DNA of 64,000 bases, taken from contig OZ244623.1 of assembly GCA_965218465.1 (NCBI GenBank), positions 2,959,549-3,023,548 on the forward strand, read 5' to 3'. The position numbers and the translations under genes were made by a program. The DNA comes from Acidobacteriota bacterium (GTDB taxonomy: Bacteria > Acidobacteriota > UBA6911 > RPQK01 > G965218465). This document shows positions 19,259 to 27,602 of the stretch, piece after piece. The first letter of the stretch is position 1, and the number at the start of each line of letters is the position of its first letter. The notes beneath the pieces are model-generated. The model was not told the DNA's origin. It worked only from the letters and a program-made list of their open reading frames with translations, and ran no database searches.

Positions 19259-19738
19259 ATGAAAACTCGAGCCGCAGTCCATTCCGACCTGGAAGCAATT
19301 GCCCGCCTGCAAGCCGTCACAAGAGTGACGACGCCTTACTACGGCCGCTCGACCCACCAAGACCTTGAATATGAACGACTGTACCCGCGTGTGGCGGGCT
19401 ACTTGTCCGGTACTTATCACCCCAGCTTTGCACTCGATGATCGGTCGATGTTTGTTGCCCTGGATCAAAGCCAAATTATCGGTTTCAGCGCCGGTCACCG
19501 CTCAACCCGAATGGGCTGTCTGGCTGAGCTGCAATGGACATTTGTTCTTCCTGAGCGGCAACGGCAGGGAATCGGTGCACCGTTGTTGTCTCTGTTGCAG
19601 GCTTGGTTTAGATCGCACCAAGCAACGCGTGTCATCGTCGATGCTGCTCCCAATAATCCGTAGCGGGCGTTTTACATCAAGCACGGAGCGATACCACTTG
19701 ACCGGTATTGGCTCTACTGGCCCGACATCAGCCAGTGT
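19259..19738 (+). pseudogene. GNAT-family N-acetyltransferase interrupted by an in-frame TAG (19661-19663) inside the conserved C-terminal motif; reading frame continues to TAA at 19738
   Basis: MKTRAAVHSDLEAIARL...RQRQGIGAPLLSLLQAWFRSH (motif A Q/RxxGxG), then ...DAAPNNP*RAFYIKHGAIPLDRYWLYW. The stop falls just before the GNAT FY.K.GF-like segment. Confidence 0.4.
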
Positions 19739-19944
19739 CGAATCTAAATCTTGTAGTTGGGTATTGAGTAAGACCGGCCTGGGAAGACTGACCAACGGCG
19801 GCTCGGTGCATCCTCTCCCGAGATAATTGTGAGGACTGGGCTGCGTTTTTTGGAAAAGGGAAACGTTCAGCGTCGAAGATTTTGCGCTGATGGTCTGTTA
19901 CTATTTTTTCCATTAACATCTTCAATCTTGTGTGATCTGAATTC

Positions 19945-22900
19945 ATGCCTATGAAAAGCAATCGTCTCTTTTTCTGGATTGGGTTGGTGCTCCTCTCACT
20001 GGTTTCTCTGTTGGGAGCCTATCGTTATTTTGGCGAGGCCTTCCCGCTGATCAACCTGGATCTTCAAATGGATAGGGCCACTGCGCTGGAGCGGGCCCGC
20101 CAAGTGGCCGATCGTCTCCAATGGGGTCCGACGGAATTTGAGCAGGCGGCTTCTTTCGGTTCCGATTCGCAGGTCCAGAATTATGTCGAACTGGAGGGCG
20201 GAGGTAAGGCAGCTTTTGCGCGGTTGCTGGAGAGTAACCTCTTCTCTGCCTACACCTGGCGAGTTCGTCACTATCGTGAGCAGGAGACCACTGAGAGTCT
20301 GATTCGCTTTACGCCGGCTGGTGAGCTGTGGGGATTTCGCGAGCAACTTCCCGAAGATCAACCTGGCGCGACGCTGACGGAGGAAGAGGCTCGAAACCTG
20401 GCCGAAACCCGTGCCACCGGGGAGCTAGGTATCGAGCTGGAGCCCTACCAACTGGTGGAGCATGCCCAGGAAGTGCAACCCGGAGGCCGCACCGATCACA
20501 GGCTGGTTTACGAGCACCGTCGCCGGGATATTGGAGAAGCTCGTTATCGCCTGCGTTTGATGGTTAGTGGAGACCGCTTCACGGAACTAGAGCGCTTTAT
20601 TAAGGTTCCTGAGGCGTTCACCCGACGCTACCAGGAGATGCGCTCTTCCAATAACACGATTGGAGTGGTTGGAGGCCTGGCGATGGTGCTGGTCTATATC
20701 CTGGGTGGATGCGTCATCGGGCTCTTTTTCCTCCTGCGGCAGGGTTGGGTGTTGTGGAAGAAGGCGCTTTTCTGGGGTCTTTTCGTCGCCTTTCTGCAGG
20801 GTCTGGTGGTTCTCAACCAGCTCCCACTGGCTTGGATGAATTATGACACGGCTTTATCTCGCCAGGGCTTTCTAGCTAATCAAGTGACGGCGGCGCTGCT
20901 TCAGTTCGTGGTGCTGGGAGTTCTGTTGACGCTTTCTTTCATGGCCGCCGAGACGCTCTCACGGAAAGCTTTCCCCCACCATATTCAGTTCTGGCGGTTG
21001 GGATCTGCAGGCGTCGCCAATACGACGCCCGTCTTGGGGTCTACCATTGCAGGATACCTGTTGGTACCGGTCTTCTTCGGGTATGAAGTGGCCCTTTATT
21101 TCTTCTCCAACAATGTTTTGGGTTGGTGGTCCCCTTCCAATGCCCTGTTGCAGCCGGACGTCTTGGCCAACTATCTTCCCTGGCTTTCCTCGATAGCCAT
21201 TTCTTTTCAGGCCGGTTTTTGGGAGGAATGTCTGTTTCGAGCAGTTCCCTTGGCAGGTGCGGCGTTGTTGGGACGACATTTCGGTAAACCCAAACTCTGG
21301 ATCGCCGTCGCCTTGGTCGTTCAGGCACTGATTTTCGGTGCGGGACACGCCCCTTATCCGACCCAGCCTGCCTATGCGCGAGTGGTGGAGTTGATCATCC
21401 CCTCGCTGTTCTTTGGAGCCATCTACTTGAGGTTTGGTCTGTTACCGGCCATCGTGCTTCACTACGCCTTTGACGTGGTTTGGTTTGCGATCCCCCTGTT
21501 TGTTTCCACCGCCGCCGGGGTCTGGATCGATCAGGTCCTGGTCGTGATTCTCGCCTTGGCGCCGCTGGCGGCTATTGGAGTGGTCCGATGGCGCGCGGGC
21601 AAATGGAGCGGGTTGTCACCCGACAAGCTGAATGGATCTTGGGAGCCAGCTCCGCCTTCAGAACCCGAAATCGAGCCGGAGGCGCCGCCCGAACGGAGCG
21701 CCCCCACTCTGCTCCCGGCCTTACGCTCCGGGTTGCTGGTGAGTGGAGTTGTCGGCTTGGTGGTTTGGGCCTTATTGGGACGATTCCAAACCGACGTCCC
21801 TGAGTTGAAGGTTGATCGGAAGCAGGCACTGGAGATTGCCCGGGGCACGCTGGAGGATCGAGGCGTTCAAATTCCCGCAACTTGGCAGGAGATGGCCTCG
21901 ATTGAAGAAGGATCGACAGAGGTGGAACGCTTTATCTGGCAAACGGCCGGCAAGGAAACCTATCGGGAACTGGCCGGTTCTTATCTCCGTGGCGCCCGCT
22001 GGAAAATCCGCTATGTAACTTTCGAAGGAAATGTGGAGGATCGTGCTGAGGAGTACCAGATTTTTGTCGGCGATTCGCAATCGGTTCCCCGTCTTCTCCA
22101 TAGGCTTCCCGAGGCCAAGGAGGGCGTTTCCTTGGCCGAAGAGGAGGCGCGTTCGGCTGCTCTGACGGCGATTTCAGCGCGTTTTGGACTCAACCCTGAA
22201 GATCTGGAGGAGATTTCCGCCAAACCGTCCAAGCGCCCCGCCCGCCAGGACTGGACCTTTACCTTCGCCGATCAGACCCGGCAACTACCTCGGGGCGAGG
22301 CACGGGTAGCGGCTGTGATAGCCGGAGATGAAGCGGCCCACGTCTACCGCTTGATTCACGTGCCCGAGGAATGGGAGAGGGAGGAACGCAGCCGGCGCAA
22401 TTTGGCCAGAATCATCGGGATTCTGTGTGGAGTGCTGATCGCTCTGGGGGCAGTCGCCGGAGGGGTTGTGGCCGTGGTCAGTTGGACCCGAGGGAAGTTC
22501 TCGCCTCGGACATTGCTGTGGTTGGCTCCGGCTCTGTTTCTGCTCAATCTGGCGGGTTTATTGAATGGATGGCCGAGTCTGAAGTCGAATTTGAGCACTG
22601 CTCAGCCTCTTAGCCACCAGTTACTGGCACTGATAGCGGGCGGAGTGATCGGGATGCTCCTGCTCTCTCTCCTGTTGGCGTTGTTGTTCGGCTGGGTCAA
22701 GACTGCCCTCCACTGGGGTGGTGGGCGCACAACCAGCAGAATCGCCTTGGGAATTGCTCTGGGAGTGGTGGCCAAGTCGCTCCAGGTGCTGGCCGCCGCC
22801 TTTAGTCCCGCCACGGTTCCCGCTTGGCCCGAGTTCGGTGCTCTGGACGATTTTCTGCCCGTGTTGAGTCCGTTGGTCGCTTCGGTTACCCAATACCTCA

Positions 22901-23313
22901 CGTTGCTGGCCGTCCTGCTGCTGGTGATGGCCGCAGTGGACGTCCTGACACACCGCTGGAGCCGTCGTCGGCTCGCCGGAGGTCTCCTTCTCCTGGTGGG
23001 GCTGGCGCAGCAGGGTTCCAGCTTTGAAAGCCTGGGTGGATGGCTGATCAAAGGCCTGCTATTGGGTACTGCTCTGCTGGCGGCCTACTTCTTTTTGCGT
23101 GCTGATGTGGGCCTGATCCCGTTGGCTCTCGCGTCCTATCTGGCACTCGGTCTTTTGCAGCAGGCAGTCGATCAAGCTTATCCAGGAGCCTGGCTCCACT
23201 ACAGCTTGGCGGCGGTGGGTCCGTTGATAGCCGGTTGGCTTTGTTGGAGACATTTGGACGCCCCAAGTGAAGAAGCTGTCGCCGTCTTGCCCTCGTTGGA
23301 AGCGGAAATCTGA
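19945..23313 (+). CDS. Large (1122 aa) polytopic membrane protein with CPBP (CAAX protease / Abi, PF02517-like) intramembrane metalloprotease domain and two related extracytoplasmic domains
   Basis: FWEECLFRAVPL (EExxxR motif) and FGAGHAPYP (FxxxH motif) within a block of TM helices. Internal repeat of a soluble region (LESNLFSAYTWRVRHYREQETTESLIRF... vs ...LAGSYLRGARWKIRYVTFEGNVEDRAEEYQIF...). More TM helices at the C-terminus. Confidence 0.65.
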   Translation: MPMKSNRLFFWIGLVLLSLVSLLGAYRYFGEAFPLINLDLQMDRATALERARQVADRLQWGPTEFEQAASFGSDSQVQNYVELEGGGKAAFARLLESNLFSAYTWRVRHYREQETTESLIRFTPAGELWGFREQLPEDQPGATLTEEEARNLAETRATGELGIELEPYQLVEHAQEVQPGGRTDHRLVYEHRRRDIGEARYRLRLMVSGDRFTELERFIKVPEAFTRRYQEMRSSNNTIGVVGGLAMVLVYILGGCVIGLFFLLRQGWVLWKKALFWGLFVAFLQGLVVLNQLPLAWMNYDTALSRQGFLANQVTAALLQFVVLGVLLTLSFMAAETLSRKAFPHHIQFWRLGSAGVANTTPVLGSTIAGYLLVPVFFGYEVALYFFSNNVLGWWSPSNALLQPDVLANYLPWLSSIAISFQAGFWEECLFRAVPLAGAALLGRHFGKPKLWIAVALVVQALIFGAGHAPYPTQPAYARVVELIIPSLFFGAIYLRFGLLPAIVLHYAFDVVWFAIPLFVSTAAGVWIDQVLVVILALAPLAAIGVVRWRAGKWSGLSPDKLNGSWEPAPPSEPEIEPEAPPERSAPTLLPALRSGLLVSGVVGLVVWALLGRFQTDVPELKVDRKQALEIARGTLEDRGVQIPATWQEMASIEEGSTEVERFIWQTAGKETYRELAGSYLRGARWKIRYVTFEGNVEDRAEEYQIFVGDSQSVPRLLHRLPEAKEGVSLAEEEARSAALTAISARFGLNPEDLEEISAKPSKRPARQDWTFTFADQTRQLPRGEARVAAVIAGDEAAHVYRLIHVPEEWEREERSRRNLARIIGILCGVLIALGAVAGGVVAVVSWTRGKFSPRTLLWLAPALFLLNLAGLLNGWPSLKSNLSTAQPLSHQLLALIAGGVIGMLLLSLLLALLFGWVKTALHWGGGRTTSRIALGIALGVVAKSLQVLAAAFSPATVPAWPEFGALDDFLPVLSPLVASVTQYLTLLAVLLLVMAAVDVLTHRWSRRRLAGGLLLLVGLAQQGSSFESLGGWLIKGLLLGTALLAAYFFLRADVGLIPLALASYLALGLLQQAVDQAYPGAWLHYSLAAVGPLIAGWLCWRHLDAPSEEAVAVLPSLEAEI

Positions 23314-23518
23314 GCCTTTCTCCGGGCTCCATTGAGAGCCGACCAACCTCCAAGTGGAAGCCGAGCCATCAGTCGTCCCCTGGAGGGAGGCGAACCTGCG
23401 GAAGAGCGCCAGAGGCTTGATTGGGAGTGACCCTTGTCCCCGCAGATGACTTGTCGGGGGGAAGCGACGCAAGCGGGCGATGACTCGAATCGAGTCGCAC
23501 AATAACTGCCAGTCCAAG

Positions 23519-23683
23519 TGTGCCAGGACCAGCAAGTTGAAGTTGGTGACTGACAGAGGCACATACTGCCGAAAGTGCTGCCAGCCTTTCCAGCGACAGC
23601 GTTTGACTGCGAAGACTCGCTCGAGCATCGAGATGCAGTCTTCGGTGTCGGCCCGAAAACGGCATAGCTGTCGGTTACCCCCA
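23519..23683 (-). mobile_element. Second IS remnant: ~165 bp of the same transposase 3' end as at 17297..17460
   Basis: gccaggaccagcaagttgaag(c/t)tggtgac(c/t)gacag...cgtttgactgcgaagactcgct(t/c)gagcatcgagatgcag aligns to 17297-17460. Encodes MLERVFAVKRCRWKGWQHFRQYVPLSVTNFNLLVLAHL. Confidence 0.55.
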
Positions 23684-23735
23684 CTGCCTCGACATCATCG
23701 CGACCGGAACAGGTGACACTGAGCATCACGATGAA

Positions 23736-24212
23736 TTGGGTCGCATCGTTCTGACAGGGACGGAGAATTCTGCTGGAGACAATGCGACCATAGACACCCA
23801 GGACTACATCGATTGGGTCGGCACGGAATTCGACGACAACCAGCGGCCCTGCCGGAGCAGCAATCCGATCAGTCTGGGCTCATCGGTCGAACCTGTTTCC
23901 AGCTCATTCAGTTGGACCACCAACAGCTACGATGGTCTGGACCGGGTCACCTCGATCACGACTCCCGACGGGCAATCGGTCACGATGACTTATGAAGACA
24001 ACCGGGGGCTGGTGACCGATCAGGTTGGGGCCAAGAAGCTGATTTTCTACGATGGGTTGGGTCGAATCAGTCAATTTCGAATGGCCAACCCGGCCACTAA
24101 CTCCGTGACGGCAGCCAGCGCCTACGATACCGGCTACAGCTACGACGAGGAGGTCCGGAGAAGGGGAGGTCCGGAGAAGGGGAGGTCCGGAGAAGGGGAC
24201 AGTTATCATTAA
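23736..24212 (+). pseudogene. RHS/YD-repeat protein fragment (internal piece only)
   Basis: YDGLDRVTSITTPDGQSVTMTYEDNRGLVTDQVGAKKLIFYDGLGRISQF...AYDTGYSYD are YD-repeat motifs. No N-terminal domain and no C-terminal toxin/RHS core. Ends in a 16-bp x3 tandem repeat. Abuts the IS remnant. Confidence 0.5.
24141..24188. repeat. 16-bp tandem repeat (ggtccggagaagggga) x3
   Basis: Read directly. Period not a multiple of 3. Confidence 0.8.
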
Positions 24213-24274
24213 GAAAGGAGAAAACGAGGAAAAAGGCAGATCCCGACTGTGCTGCTGGGAGCCGACTAGTTAAG

Positions 24275-25279
24275 TTAACGAACAGCGATAGGTCGGGCTG
24301 GTGACCCAGTGGCTCCCTTGAAGCGGATCGGTGTGTGAATAAAGAGAAACTCGTAAACTCCGTCGCCGACCAATTCTTCGAAAACCATGTTTTCCAGATT
24401 GAAGATTCCGTTTTTGGTAATGAGTTCCTGGTGAACCGGGACTTGGAACTCCGGGTTGGGATTGGGCCAGACCTCGGTTGGCCAGGAGTCCGAACCCACC
24501 ATCGAAGCCTTTTTCTCTATCACCCAGGCAGCGACTTCCAGGCCGATGCCGGGAGGGTTCAGGTTGTACGTTTCGGGATCACGCCACAACTTTGCCCAGC
24601 CGTAACGGAAGAAAAGAGCGTCTCCCGGCTCGATCCCAGCCTCTTGAATCCGCTGTTTGGCCAGTGCTCCTCTGACGTCGGCCACCGTGACTTCATAACT
24701 ATGCGGCAAATGGCTGAGTCCTCTGTAGCCGGCGATATCGATCAGAACGCCGCGGGTGATAAAGGGTTTGACCTTCTCAATTCCCAACTTCCGCAGGCCG
24801 TAGGGCGCGCCCATGTCGTCTTCCTGCGTGAAGCCGTTGTAAAAGACGCTCTTGCCGGAACCGTCAGCCATGTTCAAGTGCTTGCCGATGTGGCCTAAAC
24901 CGTCGAACTGGGTACCCACCTGACCTATTTCGGTGCAGACAAACTCTTCGTTGCTCACAAGTCGGTTTTCGCCGCCGGGAGGGCCGGGTTCAGGAATCAG
25001 AATCGAGTAGTTGCGTTGACCGTAAAGCGGCATGCCTCGCTCATACACTTGCCCTAGTTCGTAAGTTCTTCCGGTCTTGGCCAAGCGCAAGGCGCCCAAC
25101 ACCTTTTCAGGTGTGATCCAGTTGGAGCCCCCGGCTTCATCTCCGGCACCCCAGATGGGATGAGGCCACCAGGGTCCCTTTTCCTGAATCTGGGCCACCA
25201 GGGAGAATTGTGTCAGGACCATCAGTAGTAACGGTAGCGTGATTCCAATTAGCCCAGTGAACTTTGATTTTTGTCGCAT
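24275..25279 (-). CDS. Cyclase-family protein (kynurenine formamidase-like fold), with signal peptide
   Basis: GTQFDGLGHIG (HxGTHxDxPxH-type cyclase motif). N-terminal MRQKSKFTGLIGITLPLLLMVLTQFSLVAQ. ATG at 25279 chosen over the upstream TTG. Confidence 0.65.
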   Translation of the reverse strand: MRQKSKFTGLIGITLPLLLMVLTQFSLVAQIQEKGPWWPHPIWGAGDEAGGSNWITPEKVLGALRLAKTGRTYELGQVYERGMPLYGQRNYSILIPEPGPPGGENRLVSNEEFVCTEIGQVGTQFDGLGHIGKHLNMADGSGKSVFYNGFTQEDDMGAPYGLRKLGIEKVKPFITRGVLIDIAGYRGLSHLPHSYEVTVADVRGALAKQRIQEAGIEPGDALFFRYGWAKLWRDPETYNLNPPGIGLEVAAWVIEKKASMVGSDSWPTEVWPNPNPEFQVPVHQELITKNGIFNLENMVFEELVGDGVYEFLFIHTPIRFKGATGSPARPIAVR

Positions 25280-25514
25280 CCGGTCCTCCTCAAGTCCTGA
25301 CATAGTAGTGGTTTTTGCCTGAATTGAAAGACAATAGAGTCGGAAAAATCCGATCCGGCTTACCCGCGCGGTCCTTGGCAAGGGAACTCCGACTTACTTA
25401 CACCGACTTGTGACCGTGGAGCCTACGGCGGCGCGCATCCAGCAACGGAAAATCATGACGATCAAGTTTTCCTTCTAAGTCCCAAGTCCGAAGAATCGAT
25501 GGCAGATCCAAGCT

Positions 25515-26459
25515 TCAGAGTGAATTAGGGCCATTCCAGAAAAAGGCCTTAAAGCTCTTGCAAAGCCTGAAACCAAGCCGCCGGTAGAGCTTGTAGGCTC
25601 CATGGTTGGTTTCGGTTACCGATAACGCTGTGCGCTCAATCGATTGACCCGCGGCCAATGCAAAATAGCGCTTCAAAAGAAAGGTTCCCAGACCTCGGCC
25701 TTGGGCGTTTCGGCGGATCGAGATCTGGGGGATCATGCCCATTTGGGGTCCGATCCGAGTCGAGAGCAAGATTCCCACTAGAGACCCGGAGTTGTCGAAA
25801 GCCATCAAGCTGGTCCTGGATTGAAACTCACCACAGCCCGGGCTGTCGATGAGATTGCGCAAGAATCGTGTACAGCCTTGCAGGCTCTGATAGTCCTGAC
25901 AAATTTGGAAATCTTGTGAATTACGATAGCTGTCCAGTATTACCGAGGCGGCGGTGACGAAGAAGCGCGGCTTCCATTGGGTCACCTCAAAACCCGTGGG
26001 TGGGGCGCCGATCGGCTCCGGCGAGCCTAGATCCCGGTGCAGGAAAAGACGATCCAGCATTTCGAATCTGTGGCGCCGGAAGAGAGGCGCCAAGTCGCAG
26101 TTGAAGGGAAAGATTTGGCATTCAATGCGCCGCAGCAACGGTTTATTCCGGCGCAAAGATGTCAAAGTTGGAGTCAAGAGCTTGTGATAGGCTTGCAAAT
26201 CGGCGTAGCTCCGGCTGACAAAGATGTTGCCGATATAGCCCACCGAGGAGTTCAGGACGTAATAGGTGTAGCCCACAGCACGTCCCGAAGGCGCAGTCAA
26301 GACATAGCCGGTCAGGCTGCGGGCCTTGAGATATTTCTTGATCACTTGGGCTGCCGGTCGATAATTCCAGTCCAGCTCATGCTGCCAGCAGCCAATCTCC
26401 TCTTCCAAGACCGGGCTTAGATCTGGGTTGGGAGACGAGGAAAAAGGCTCCACCCGCAT
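25515..26459 (-). CDS. GNAT-family acetyltransferase (two-domain, ~314 aa)
   Basis: C-terminal QGRGLGTFLLKRYFALAAGQSIERTALSVTETNHGAYKLYRRLGF (GNAT motifs A/B). Confidence 0.6.
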   Translation of the reverse strand: MRVEPFSSSPNPDLSPVLEEEIGCWQHELDWNYRPAAQVIKKYLKARSLTGYVLTAPSGRAVGYTYYVLNSSVGYIGNIFVSRSYADLQAYHKLLTPTLTSLRRNKPLLRRIECQIFPFNCDLAPLFRRHRFEMLDRLFLHRDLGSPEPIGAPPTGFEVTQWKPRFFVTAASVILDSYRNSQDFQICQDYQSLQGCTRFLRNLIDSPGCGEFQSRTSLMAFDNSGSLVGILLSTRIGPQMGMIPQISIRRNAQGRGLGTFLLKRYFALAAGQSIERTALSVTETNHGAYKLYRRLGFRLCKSFKAFFWNGPNSL

Positions 26460-26602
26460 GGCATTATTCTAACATTGCGAGGGTTAACCGCACCGCCTCT
26501 CAGGGGTGGCCGTGCGCGGTCAGGTGTCGGGCAGTCGGGCAGCACCCTTGATGCCGGCCGCGCTGTTGTCCCCTTTTGGTGCCAACGTCTATAATTGGGG
26601 CG

Positions 26603-27559
26603 ATGCAATTAAAGCTTCAGCCCAAGAACATGGAACTCTCGTCGAGCCTGGAGAAGCTGGTGGAGCGGAAGGCGCGCAAGGTCCGCAAGATGCTACCGAC
26701 TTTCCAATCCGAGGACCTGAGTTTGCACGCCAATCTGGAGCAACTTCCCCGGGGAAAACAGTTTCAGTCGGCGTTGATTTTGTCGACGCCACAAAAAGTA
26801 ATCCGAGTCGAGGACATTGAAGAGAACGCGGTGACCAGTGTTGTTCGCGCTTTCGACGAATTGCTGCGACGAGTCAAGAAATTCAAGAGTCAGCTTAACC
26901 GGGAGCGTTATCATCACCGCCCGACCCGAGCCACGCTTGCCGATCATTCCGCGGTTTCTCGGCCAATGGAACAAGAGGTCGAAAGGCATTTGGATACCAT
27001 CGACAATTTTGTTCGGCGGGAGCTGTACCATCGCGCCCTGGCTGGCGATTTTCAACCTGGCTCTCTCCGTTCCCAGGCGGTGGTGGACGAGGTTTTTCTG
27101 GAAGTGACCGCGCGCGTTGCCACTCGCTCTAAAAAGTCTGCGATGCGACCTTGGATTTTCCGGATTGCCCGTGAGGTGATGGCCCGACGCATCGCGGAAC
27201 ATCCCTTCCGCCAGGGCCAAGATGAGAGTGCTGGCAAGGAGCCATCAAGCGACCACGACGAGGTGCTGAATTTTTACCAGCCTGAGGAAACACTTCAGTT
27301 GGAAAATCTGTTGCCGGACCTGGATGCCGACCCGGAAGAACTGCTTCGAAAAGACGCCAGGGAAGAACACTTGCACAGAGCAATTGCCGCGCTCCCCACT
27401 TCCCTGCGAGAGTCGTTCGTGCTGTTTGTACTGGAAGGCCTGGGCTCGGAGGAAGTGGCCCAAATCACCGGCAGGAGTGCCCAAGAGGTGCGGGAAGACG
27501 TCAAACAAACTCGGCAGCAATTGCGCCGGTGGTGGACTGAACGAAGTCAACCCTGCTGA
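26603..27559 (+). CDS. Fusion protein: N-terminal ribosome hibernation factor (HPF/RaiA, S30AE) domain + C-terminal ECF-type sigma-70 regions 2 and 4
   Basis: MQLKLQPKNMELSSSLEKLVERKARKV...ALILSTPQKVIRVEDIEENAVTSVVRAFDELLRRVKKFKSQL matches the HPF pattern (M.I.I.G.N.E.T.AL..YV..K..KL...VIRAE....D.Y.AID...DKLERQL.K.K). Downstream AVVDEVFLEVTARV...MRPWIFRIAREVMARRI (region 2) and LRESFVLFVLEGLGSEEVAQITGRSAQEVREDVKQTRQQLRR (region 4). Single uninterrupted frame. Internal ATG at 26966 could also initiate a stand-alone sigma. Confidence 0.55.
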   Translation: MQLKLQPKNMELSSSLEKLVERKARKVRKMLPTFQSEDLSLHANLEQLPRGKQFQSALILSTPQKVIRVEDIEENAVTSVVRAFDELLRRVKKFKSQLNRERYHHRPTRATLADHSAVSRPMEQEVERHLDTIDNFVRRELYHRALAGDFQPGSLRSQAVVDEVFLEVTARVATRSKKSAMRPWIFRIAREVMARRIAEHPFRQGQDESAGKEPSSDHDEVLNFYQPEETLQLENLLPDLDADPEELLRKDAREEHLHRAIAALPTSLRESFVLFVLEGLGSEEVAQITGRSAQEVREDVKQTRQQLRRWWTERSQPC

Positions 27560-27602
27560 GTCCCGGCAGTCCCAGTGTCGGAAAAGAAACGGGAGAAAAT
27601 GC

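Noticed and set aside
23314-23331. Short hairpin GAGCC-N7-GGCTC right after the CPBP gene stop
   Set aside because: Only a 5-bp stem and no U-tract. Too weak to call a terminator.
24335-24898. 187-aa plus-strand ORF and 26037..26420 plus-strand ORF
   Set aside because: Antisense to the cyclase-family and GNAT genes respectively.
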